Origin: Phaeosaccion multiseriatum
Taxonomy: Eukaryota > Protista > Ochrophyta, other classes
Direction: 5' to 3'
DNA: 64,000 nucleotides
Assembly: GCA_965112735.1 (NCBI GenBank)
Contig: OZ218956.1
Coordinates: forward strand, 3,100,001-3,164,000
The translations under genes and the position numbers were made by a program. Shown one piece after another: positions 13,510 to 25,400 of this stretch; position 1 is the first letter of the stretch; every line of letters starts with the position of its first letter. A model generated the notes under the pieces. That model ran no database searches and had not been told where the DNA came from. It was given only the letters and a program-made list of their open reading frames with translations.

Positions 13510-14407
13510 CTAGGGCACGGGCAGAGGTCGCTTAAGCAGTATCATTGACAACCAACCTGCCATGAAGCAAAGCCCTCCCACGGGCGCCACGCCAGAGACC
13601 TTCTTCTCGCCGGTCAGGATGTAGGTGTAGATGGAGCCCGAGAAGAGGACGATTCCTGAGGTGAAGAAGACGCCAGCCATGGTACGACCGAGGCACGGCT
13701 GCGATAGGTGCGCAACGGCGAGGGCCAGGCTGTGTATTTGGTGGTACTGGGGACGGGTTGGGGGGAGTAGATGGGAAGGCAGAAGAGTTGGCGGAAGAAG
13801 AGAGAGAGAGAGTTGTGACCTTTTCATGCGATTCTACCCCCCCCCCCCCCCTCAGTAAGAGCAAGAGAGAGAGAGAGAGGGGGGGTGAATGAGAGGGAGA
13901 CAGAGAGAAAGAGAGGGGGAGGGAGTGAGAGAGAGAGAGAGGAGGAGAGAGAGTGTGTGTGTGACGTTTTCACGGTATCCTCCCCCCTCTCCCTCTCCGC
14001 GAGAGTCAGAGAGCCCCTGCCGCGTCCCACCATCGCACCTGCACAGCGCTCTTCCAGCTCGCCACCTCCTCAGGCTTCTTACCCTACGGAGCGGGTGTCC
14101 GACGCAGAGTGAGTGGAGGAGAGAGAAGGGAAGATGTTAGTTGTACAAGTTTCTTTTCCCTTCTTGTTTATATCTCTCCACAATACCTTCAACGCGTGGG
14201 CACCCATCGCCCCTGAGGAACACAGCAAAGTAGGGGGAGGGGGGGAAGGGGCGTCTCAGTTGAGTGGCGAGAAGGATTGCTCGGCAACAAAGGCCGAGAG
14301 GGAGGAGGAAGAGGGAGGAAAAGGGAAGGAACAAGGAGGAAAAGAGAAACGCTCTTACCGAGGCCCACAGACGCCGCGCCGCTAACGCCTGCCAATACGT
14401 GCAACAT
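13510..14407 (-). CDS. TMEM256/DUF423 family membrane protein (4 exons)
   Basis: Spliced MLHVLAGVSGAASVGLGAMGAHALK-GKKPEEVASWKSAVQ-YHQIHSLAL...GIVLFSGSIY...APVGGLCFMAGW matches DUF423 motifs. Confidence 0.9.
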
Positions 14408-14819
14408 CCTCTCTCGTACACCGCACGCAAGAAAAGAGGGGCGAAACCACCTAGGGAGAAATAGGGAGATCAAAAACAAAACAAAAAACAGTGTCCAGTT
14501 TCACGTGGAGAGAACGATCGCTTTGCCGTCACAATCACCGCCGTTCCCCAACAAACACAAAACCAGGGCTTTATAACGAAAGAAGCAGCAAGAGATAAGA
14601 GCGGAGGAGCAGCACAAAAGGGAGGGAGGTGGGTTGTCTGAAGGGGGGAAGACTTTCGTTGGTGGTATTGCCTGGTGTTTCGTCTGCGTTCCACGCACTT
14701 AAAAATATATCCGCCCGCTTTCTGTGGCGTCTCCGTTGCCTCGCTCTCTTTGCCACCACAGGGCAGCGATATAGAAGACACCGCAGAGCGCACGGTACAG
14801 CTAGTACCGTCAGGGTAGG

Positions 14820-15591
14820 ATGAGTAAGTCTTTCGCGGAGAAGCTGGGGGACAGCATAGAGAAGATCCTCGAGAAGAGTAGAACAGTGGTGGATCAGCAG
14901 TATGAACTCCCACTGGTTGTGGCAAGCCTTCTTCTTGTGGCAATCGGAGCAAAGCTGCGCTCTGGCAAGAAGGTAAGACAAGCGTGAGTGAGTGAATGAG
15001 AGAGAGGCCGAGAGAGGCCTTGGATCCTCCCCTGTTTCACCCTCTCACCAGCCTCGTTTCCCTTCCATTCCGTCAGTGTGGAACTCCTCTCTGCTCCTCG
15101 TGACACAGTTTGGTCCCCGCCCTCCCTCTCTTTGCATCGTTGGCCTCTCTCTCTCTCTTGTCTCTTATCCTCTCTCTTAATTCTCCTTCCCCGCTCTCCC
15201 CTCACACACACACGCTTATTTTGCAGGACATGAAGCGGGATTTCAATGACTTTGACGGCGTAGTGACAGGCTCAACGAGCATGCTCAGCAACGCAGATAG
15301 TGTTCTCAAGAGGGACGAAGTGAAGGGGGCCATTGACGAATACGAAGACCTGTTCAACGGAGCTAGGAAGGACCACGGAGAGATTACCAACGAGGCGTCC
15401 GTCAACAAGCGCCAGACAGAGTACCAAACGATGGTCAACTCCTTCTACAACCTAGTTACCGATTTTTACGAGTTCGGGTGGGGACAGTCCTTCCACTTTG
15501 CTCCTCGGTGGATGGGGGAGACGTTCAACGAGTCCATTGTCCGGGCTGAGCACCACTTAGCAGGTTGGTTGGGACACATGGCATCAGGCTC

Positions 15592-15626
<35 letters not shown>

Positions 15627-16606
15627 TGTCTGTCTCTGTCTCTGATGTTTCTCTTCGTGGGTATGTGTGTACTTCTCTCTCTCTCTCTCTCAATCAGGGC
15701 GGTTGGGCCTCAAGCCAGGAATGAAGGCGCTGGACATGGGCTGTGGAGTCGGAGGGCCGATGCGAAACATTGCCATCCACGCACAGTGCGAAGTGACAGG
15801 CATCACCATCAATCAGTACCAGGTGCGAGAGAAAGGGGCAGAGATGTGAGAGAGAGGAAGAGAGAGAGCTGCGTGTGTGTATGTGTGTGTGTGAGAGAGA
15901 GAGAGAGCACATGGTCGGAACGAGAGGTGGATGGATGGGTGGGTGGATGAAGGTCTAGATAGGCAGGTAAACAGATACACGGATGAATGTATGGATGGAT
16001 GGATGGATGGATGGGCCGGCTTTTATTGGATGGATTGAGCAGTCAGGCTGTCTGTGAGAGCATGATGCATTGAAGGGAAAGGAAGGGGGGGAGGAACTAA
16101 ACCCACCCTTTGGACTGACGCACTAGCACACTCTCTCACACACGTACTCTCTCTCTCTCTCTTGCACACACACACAGGTGAACGTGGGCAACAAGTACAA
16201 CGCGCAGAAGCACCTCGACCATCTGTGCAAGGTGGTGCAGGGGGACTTCCAGAATCTCCCCTTCGAGGACGGCACCTTCGACGCCGCCTTTGGGGTGGAG
16301 GCCACGTGCCACTCGCCGGACCGGTAAGTAAGCTTAAGTAAGCGTAAGTACGCAAGTAAGCTTACAGCTCAAGCTTTAAATCTCCTGGCCTGTACAGTGT
16401 GTGTGTATGTATGTGTATGTGGATGTGTAGATACACAGCGTGGATGGTCTCGGGAGAATATGTCCAGCTTCTGGGGAGATTCTTCTTCCTTTCCTTTCCT
16501 TGTCTACCCATCTTCCTTTCTCTGTGTGCTCTTTCTCTTCACCGAAGGCATGGTCTCGCCCATTTCCTTACATATATATATATAATATATATACCCATTT
16601 CCTTAC

Positions 16607-16649
<43 letters not shown>

Positions 16650-17505
16650 CACCCTCCGTTCCTTAATTTCCTTCCCTTCCTCCTTGCATACACGCAGTGT
16701 GGCCTGCTTCTCCGAGGCCTACCGAGTACTAAAGCCAGGGGGCATGTTCGCCATCTACGACTGGGTTGTGACTGAGCATTACGACGTTAACAACGTGGAC
16801 CACGTGCGCATTAAGGAAGGCATCGAGGTCGGCAACGGTCTGCCCACCCTGGTCACGCCAGAGGAAGTCAAAGAGGTACGTAATGTTATGTACGGTCATG
16901 TAACCTTATGAGGGATTGGCTCTGGAAGAGAGAGGAAGAGGGTACCGTCTGGGTTACCATTTGATGCCATCGGTAGGTTTACTTCCAAAGCGGCATTATT
17001 TTTGCAGTCTTTTGCCTCGCTCCTTTTACCCCTCCCGTCCCCTCTCCCCATCGTCATCCTCCCCTTCCCTCCCCCCACCCCCCTCCCCTCGTCCCTGATC
17101 CCTCCCCTGCCCTCCTCTTCTCTTAACCCCCTCCCCTCCCCCCTCCTCCCTCCGTCTCAATGAATCAATCAACCAATCAATCCATCCATCAATCAACAGG
17201 CCGTAACGGCGGCTGGCTTTGAGCTTGTCGACGCCTATGATGCCAACTCAGGGGTGCACTCCGCTGGACAAATAGCCTGGTACGAAACGCTCAACGGCTC
17301 CATGACCCTCAAGGGTTTCCGCATGACGAGGCTGGGGCGTGTGTGCACACACGCGCTCGTGAGTACGCTGGAGCTGCTGCGCATCGCCCCCAAGGGATCC
17401 AGGCAGGTGTCTGCGCTGCTCAACGCCACCGCGATTGACCTCGTCGATGGGGGCAAGATGGAGATCTTCACGCCCTCTTACTTTGTTGTGGCCGTGAAGA
17501 AGTAA
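14820..17505 (+). CDS. SAM-dependent sterol 24-C-methyltransferase (ERG6/SMT family), 6 exons
   Basis: [72 protein letters not shown]; N-terminal hydrophobic anchor. Confidence 0.96.
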
Positions 17506-17896
17506 GAAAGAGTGAAAAGTGCCTCACACTGATTAGCACTTTCGTGTGTGTGTGTGCGTGCGTGGAGATGGACAGGTTGGTTGGTGAGGACTTTTCTACC
17601 ACATTGTTCAGGCAGACCTTCCTTCCTTCCTTCCTTCCTTCCTTCTCTCCTTCCTTTTTTCTTCCTTTCTTCCATTCATTCTTTCTTTCTTTCTAGAAGG
17701 GCAAGAAGGAAGGAGGGAAGGGAGGAAGGAAGGAAGGAAAGCAGTGCGGCATTTAGAGATAGGGGCGTCGACTCTTGTAGGCTTGACTTGTCAGGACTGT
17801 ACGAGCGGGGCGGCATGAGGGAGGGGAAACGTCTTGGGGAGGGGGCGGGTGGGTGGGATAGGGGGATGGTATACATCTCTCTCCATGTGCGTGTGC

Positions 17897-17929
<33 letters not shown>

Positions 17930-18537
17930 GAAGGCCGTGCGTGAGAGTGAGTGTATTTGTCGGCAAAGTCTTGTCGACGGGAGGAGAGCGGCAAGAGTTT
18001 ACCTACCTCAGAGAGAGAGGGGTACTTTGTGGACGAGAGGAGAGGGGGAGCCGCCGCAGTCAATGCATGGGCCAGAGGAGAGGAGAGGAGCGGAGCGGGA
18101 GGACGGCAGGGAAGAGTCTGTTACGCTTTTACCACCACACGATTGACGGACTGATTGATTGATTGATTGATTGATTGCTCTGCGGCTTTGTCGTCAGCAA
18201 CACGGGCTCGGTTTCGATCCATGGATGGGGCACACATACATCAATCAGTATCAGCCGGAGAGAAAAAGAGAGAGGGACGGACGGACAGACAGAGACAGAC
18301 AGACAGAAAGAGAGAGAGAGAGGGAGAGAAGGAGGGCTGGTCAGTGTGGAGTGTTCGGTGGTGGTTAAATTCTTCCGCGCTCGGGATGGGCGACCATCAG
18401 TCGAGCGATCGATCTTGATGGAGCGGTTTTGGACTTGTTTTGCACCGGGGCCCCAGTGGCAACAGCTTTCGACTTTCGTTATTACCTATCTATGCGAATG
18501 TGGATGGGTGGGATGGATCGCGCCATCGCGTTGACAA

Positions 18538-18817
18538 TCACCAACTCCCATCCCTGCAAGGCAAAGACAGCACAGCACTGGGGAAGATGGGGAGGGTAAG
18601 TGGCGCTCCCTCCCCCCCCTTCTGTCGCGCTCCATTTTTTTTGATACATTATACAGTGGGTGAAATCACCAACTCCCATCCCTGCAAGGCAAAGACAGCA
18701 CAGCACTGGGGAAGATGGGGAGGGTAAGTGGCGCTCCCTCCCCCCCCTTCTGTGGGCTGTGCTGGCTCCATTTTTTTGGGATCGATACATTATATCAGTG
18801 GGTGAAAGGTCACCAAC
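18538..18817. repeat. Tandem duplication, period ~128 bp (two copies)
   Basis: CACCAACTCCCATCCCTGCAAGGCAAAGACAGCACAGCACTGGGGAAGATGGGGAGGGTAAGTGGCGCTCCC occurs at ~18540 and ~18667. Confidence 0.9.
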
Positions 18818-19021
18818 AATATGGAAAGCTTTCAACCGAGCAGTGTCATCTTAACTCTTAGCCGGACAAGAGGACGAGGGTGGGGGGGAATTTGTTCCCC
18901 TGTTGGCAGGCGGCAGGCTGAGGAGAACATGCGTCTACTCGCCGTGTCGTGCTGCTCGACTTTTTCGTTGACATATCGACTTTGCTAGGTCAGCGAATGA
19001 GGAATCGACGGAGGCGGAATC

Positions 19022-19063
<42 letters not shown>

Positions 19064-19113
19064 CTTCAACCTGCTCTTTGTGTCACTTTTGCCTTTGCTT
19101 CATCAGCGCACTG

Positions 19114-19640
19114 TCTGTCCGCTTACAGTGTCCAAGATGGGCTTGTTCTACTGCGCCAGTGGCCGTCGTCGGACAAGAACGCTCTTTCAAGAAACCTCCG
19201 CTCCTCTCCCCTCTGCTGCCATCTTCTCTCTCTCTCTGTCCTCCTCTGCCCTCCTCCTGTCGTTGCTCGACTCACGAGCCCCGGAAGGAAGGGATACTGA
19301 GGCCTCTCTCTGACTGAGGCCTCTGAGGCAACCTTAGGGGACCATCCGGGATCATCTGGGACCATTTGGGACCATCTGTCCGCTTACAGTGTCCAAGATG
19401 GGCTGGAACCACTGCGCCAGTGGCCGTCGTCGGACTCAACTCACTTTCATCCAACCTCCGCTCATCTCACCTCGGCTGCGGTGGGATCTCTCTCTCTGTC
19501 CTCATCTGCCCTCCTCCTGTCGTTGCTCAACTCGCTGAGCCCCGGATGGCAGTGGATACTGCGGCAATCTCTGACTGAGGCCTCTGAGGCAACCTTAGGG
19601 GACCATCCGGGATCATCTGGGACCATTTGGGACCATCTGG
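19114..19640. repeat. Tandem duplication, period ~260 bp
   Basis: CTGTCCGCTTACAGTGTCCAAGATGGGCT... and CTCTGACTGAGGCCTCTGAGGCAACCTTAGGGGACCATCCGGGATC each occur twice. Confidence 0.88.
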
Positions 19641-20090
19641 AACCATCTGGAACCACTCCATCACTCACTCACTCACTCATCCACTCACTCATTCACTCGG
19701 TGCGGTGGGATGCCCGTTCCTCATTCTTCCTTCGTCCTCAATCGCTGGATGGATGGCAGTGGATGGCGGCAATTGAAGTGGATGGACACATCCATCCACT
19801 GCCATCATCTTGACACGGCCTGCTCCGGCCTTCCTGCTGCGGACACCGCCATCCACTGCCATCCATCTTGACACGGCCTGATCCGGCCTTCCTGCTGCTG
19901 GGAAGGATCACCGGTGGATGCCAAGCTGCTAGCCAGTGACGACTCAAGGCTGAAGTGATGACGAAGGACGGGACGGGCGACTCTGATCCACTCATCCACC
20001 AGTGGGATGATCGATCACCCCAGGCGGCACATGCACATGAGAATCAATCAGGATCAAAGGACCGAGAACAAGTTCGAATTCCTCTCGAGA

Positions 20091-20590
20091 TCAGTCCACG
20101 AAGATCCTCTTGTCGAAGCGCCGCTTGAGGAAGCGTGCCACGCTAAACACAATGAAGCCGGTGAGCAGCAGCACCCCGCTGAACCACACGCCGTAGAAGG
20201 CCGTGATATACACATAGGCAGGATAGTCCAAAAACTCTTCCTGGAGACGGGCAGCACTCTCCGCGTCGATGACCTTCTCATCAGCGGTCCAGAGGAGAGG
20301 GACGTACATGAAACATCCCGACCCGCCGTCCATGTTGTCCTTGGTGGGCACTTGGCATCGGTCTTGGCTGTTTGGTTTTGGGGGTGGGGTAGGATGGGGG
20401 TGGAGGTGAGGGGATGGAGCGGAAAGCGGGGGGAGGGTGAGGGGTGGGTGAGTGGAGGGAGGAGGGGGAGGAGGGAGGGAAGGACAGGCCAGGAAGGGAA
20501 GGGAGGGGGGAGAGGAGCGAGGCACACACCGACACACTCACCCACCCACCCACCCACCCACCCACCCGCACCCACACCCACCCTCCGTCC

Positions 20591-20637
<47 letters not shown>

Positions 20638-22430
20638 GGACACACACACACAACCGATCACCTACTCACTCACCCACTCAATCACTCACTCACTCACTCA
20701 CTCACTCACTCACTCACTCACCTGAAGATTATATTGGGGCTGAAGCTGGACCTCTCCATACGAATGTTGGTCTGAATCCTCACTGCCCTCCTTAGCGCCT
20801 TGCCTGTAACCGTCTCTATGTCAACGAAACTGGCGTGATCATTGAGGACCCCTTCCACCCCCTTGAGCTGATTCCAATCTAATGCACCCTCCTCCGAGTT
20901 GGTGTAGAGGTGAGGATCGCTGGAGAAGGTTGGGAAGCCACTGTTGTTGGAGTGCGAGGGTACCAAGCCACCAGGATGACAAGGGGAGGGGGGGGCAGGA
21001 AGCGGGTAGGGAAAGGTAGGGTAGGAAGGGACCGGAGGGGAGGGGAGGGGAGGAGAAAGGGGTAGAAGGGGGGCGAAAATCGATCGAAAATGAGTACGTA
21101 TCTGCTGCCATCTAACTGCTGCCCTCTACTCCCCATCCACTGCCATCCATCTACTCCTCATCCACTGCCATCCACTCCCGTCCACATAAACTGCCATCCA
21201 GTGCCATCCTCCTTACGTGAGTATCATGGTGCTGGAGAGCCCCTTGGGCACCATGTAGGGCTGTCCCATAAAGTCCTTATGGTAGGAGAAGCCCACCCTC
21301 TCTCTCGCAGCGAGCCAATCCTGAGAGGTCTGATAGTAGCGACTCACAGATATTGCTGTCTCCACCTGAGGAAGGGAGCGGGGGTGATGGATGGAAGTGG
21401 GTGGGTGGGAAGGTGGGTAGGTTACACACACGCGCACACACAAAACACAGCAAGTCGGGTAGACTTCTTTTTGTTCCTACACACCTCCACGCACGCACAC
21501 ACACAGGCACACATCCCTGTATCACCAACACCCGTAGTACCTCGTAGCCGTTGTCGCCATTGTTGAGCTCCTCGTACGTATGGGGGGTTGGGTAGCGCAC
21601 AGTGTACGTGTTGTCGTCTCTGGAGGGTGGGGTAGTGAGGGAGGAGGAGGGGAGAGGAGGCGTGGGGTGGTGAGGGAGGAGGACGGGAGAGGAGGGGTGG
21701 GGTGGGGGCGGAGTGGGGAGAGGTGGAGTGGGGTTCGGTGGGGCAGGAGGGAATGGGGCTGGGGGGAGGGGTGTATCACTTTCAGTTTGATTGCAATAGA
21801 GGTGGTGGTAGGTTGGGAGGGAGGAAGGAAGGAAGGAAGGAAGGAAGGAAGGAAGGAAGGAAGGAGGGAAGGAAAGAGCGTAGAGGTGCACACACACACG
21901 CACACGGGCACACACACACACAATATATATACATGCATACATACATAAGGGCGGTGTATCATAGGTAGGCACCTCTGTCCTGACACCCCCCCCCCCCTCT
22001 GTCCTGACAGCTCCCTCCCCTCTGTGAGAAATTCCTCCCCCCTGTCCTGAGACACCCCTCCCCCCTGTCCTGAGACACCCTCCCCCCCCTGTCCTGACAC
22101 CTTCCTCCCTTACCTCTCCATCGAGAACATGACGAGTGCTTCCGGATTGAGGAGGTGTACAGTGTCGTTGCCGAGAGCGTCAGGCCCTTGGAACTTTGGA
22201 GCAAAGGTCCAGAGCTCGTAGGGCACCACGTAAGCACTGAGGGCCGGGTACTTGAAGGGTTGAAACTGCACACCAGCACCACCGGCCACCTGAAGCATGC
22301 CCGGTGTGTGGGGTTGATTGGTTGGTTGGCTGGCTGGTTGGTTGGATGAATTCAAACCCAGTCAAATCACCATCATTCAGCAAGGCATACACCGGTCGGC
22401 TTACACACACGCAAGCACGCACAAACACAC

Positions 22431-22494
<64 letters not shown>

Positions 22495-25400
22495 ACCGTG
22501 AGGGAAGAGTTTGGACTCGTGGTGAGGGAAGTGTTGCCACGGTAGGAAGCGTAGGCACCGATGCCCTCTTCGTTGGTCCGGCCTGTCTCCAGAGATACTT
22601 CACAGTTGGCGTAGAGGCTGCGAGGGCCTCCGAGTAGACTCTTGTCCTCACATGCACGCGCCTTTTGGAACGTTTCGTTGTTCCAATCGCCCCCCGGGGA
22701 GACGGCAAAGGCCGGGTTGGGGATAGTGCCCAAGCCAAAGGGCAGAGAAAGTTCTCTAGAGTGCCACAGCCATCTAAGCAGGGGGGGTGTGGTGGGTGGG
22801 GTGGGCAGGCACCGGACGGGGTGGGATGGGGTGAGTTATGGTGGGGTTGGGGGATGGGTGAGTGAGCGTGTGTGGGTGGTGTGTCTCCCTTCTTCCTTCT
22901 CTCCCTCCCTCCTTCCCTCCTTCCCTCCCTCCCTCTCTCTCCCTCCTCCCTCCTCCCTCACCTCTGCTCCATCTTGTGCACAGTGAGCACCGAGCCCAAT
23001 TCATCATGCATCACCTCAAAGCCCTCTTCGCTGCAGTCCTCCACATACAGGGCCTGACACCAATCATTGTGGGCGTAGGCCGTGCGATTGAGACAGCGCA
23101 AAGTCAAATTGCGCTCCCTCAGCTCCATGTTAAGCACCTTCACCACAATGGGGTCTGTGTACCCCCCAAACAGGACGTCGTGTGCGGTCTGTATGTATTG
23201 TGGGTAGGGTGTAGTTTGCGTTTGAGGTTATTGTTAAGTCAACACACAGGTCACAGGTTGGTCATGGTAGTGAGAATCGACAACCGGCTTGTAGTGAACT
23301 TGGTGCAGTACACGACGACAAAAGGACTGACGCCCCAGATTGGTCTCTGCCCTGACTCTGATCACACCACCCCCTTCGCGTCATCATTGTGCCCTCCTTC
23401 CTTCGCTCCATGGGTCAAACCACACAACCCACCCACCCCCCTCCCCTCCCCTCCCTCCTCTCCCTCCCGTACCTTCTCAATGAACATCCCTCCCTTTGTG
23501 TAGTCACAGTTGTCGACGTCGTCACACACATACCTCCCTTCCTTCAGCACTGCCTCCCACACCACATCATACAGCATGGAAGACAATACATTCCCCGGCA
23601 GCAAGTCGCGTGAGTGAGCAAAGTCAAACACCCTCTCTGCATCGCACTCTATCCCCGTGGCCGGCGCAGATAAGATGGTCTGGAACATATCGCAGTTGAC
23701 AGGCCACTCGGCATTCAACGAGATGGCCAACACACACGCCTCGTAATACGCCTCCAGCTCAAAACACTGCACCGCGCTTGACGCTACGGGGTCTGACAGG
23801 AAGGCTCCAACGGCGGAGAGGCTGTTGAAGTTGAAGTTGAAGTTGAAGTTGATGTCCTCCGGGTCCTGCGTGGCGGCCAGGGGCTCGGAAAAGTCGAAAT
23901 GGAACTTGAGATACTCCTCTTCGTCGGGTTGCTGCCCGGCCTCGCTAAAGTTAAACACAGCATCAATATTCTGCTCCACAAAGAGCACGTCCGACGGGTC
24001 GAACTGAGCCGTGGGGGATGACGATTCAGATGAGAAGGTGAAGGTGTCTCCTCCCTCCGCGGAGCCATAGTAGGTGGTGCTCCTTGACGTCACGAAACGT
24101 CGGAATCCATCCCCGAGGGAGGAGGCGTCTGCGAGGAGACGCAGCGTTGTCTTGGACGCGTCGACCGTCATGTTAATGCTTGGATAGCCTGCGTGTGTGT
24201 CGTGGTTGTCATTTGAAAGCAAGATATGCGTGAGGTTACTTAAAAGGGTGTGTGTGTGTGCGCCCGCGTCTGTGTGTGGGGTGCGTGCACACTGCCGTAC
24301 TTACCCGCCACTGCAGCCCGGGTCCAGAACTCGGGAAATCCGAAATGGAACTCACGAGTCATGAAACGCCAAATGCCCTGAAAGCGGACGGCGGACAGGC
24401 TCCTGACACCGTATAGCAGGTCCGTCACCGAGCCGCGGGCCCACTGCAAGTAGCCCAGGTCTTCCATGTTAGCTGAGGTGTGCGAGTGTCAGGACAGTGA
24501 GTATAAGGACGGTGAGTGAGTGAGTGAGTGAGTGAGTGAGTGAGTGAGTGAGTAAGCATAGCAGTGGGTGTTCAGGACAGTAGTTGACTGCGTGAGGCAT
24601 TGTGGAATGGAGTGGGCGTCAGGACAGTGAGTGTCAACCCCTCCATCCATGACGCCATGGATCAATCTGCCAATGTGCCCATGTACCCATATATGCCCAT
24701 ATGACCTCCCCTACCTGGTGTCAGATGGTGTCCCCCGCTGGCCTCCCACAGCGACGCGTTGAGAGCGTGCATGACTGTGGCGTCGTGCCAACTGTTGCTG
24801 GATGCCCAATCGTCGAACATCCAACGGGCCACAGTGCACACCTGATGGGAAGTAGGGGGGTCGATATTAGAGGGTAGAGGGGTCGATGTTAGAGGGTAGA
24901 GGGGGTCGATATTGGAGGGTAGAGGGGGTCGATATTGGAGGGTAGAGGGGGTCGATATTGGAGGGTAGAGGGGGGTCGATATTGGAGGGTAGAGGGGGTC
25001 GATATTGGAGGGTAGGGGGTGCACACGAGTACATTTGTCGAGGTTTGGGTAGATGGGTGGGTAAGGAGGTAGGAAAGGAGGGAGGAAGCAAGGGTGGGTG
25101 CGTAGGTGGGTAGGGTGGGTAGGTGGGTGGGTAGGTAGGTAGCTAACTGAGGTACTACTCCTGGAAGAACTTTTTCCTAGCTTCCTTCCCCCTTCCCTCC
25201 CTCCCCCCTTCCTCCCTTCCTTCCTTCCTTCTGTCCTTCCTTCCTTCCATCTCCCTCCCTCTCTCCCTCCCTCCCTGCCTCCTTCTTCTCTCCCTCCCTC
25301 CCTCCCTGCCTCCCTACCTCTCTCTCCCCCTCCCCCTACCTCTCTCTCCCCCTCCCCCTCCCTCCCCCTCCCCCTCCCTCCTCCCTCCCCCCCTCCCTTC

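Noticed and set aside
12091-13513. Several 100-190 aa ORFs between SEM1 and TMEM256
   Set aside because: No recognisable motif or consistent exon chain; a small gene cannot be excluded.
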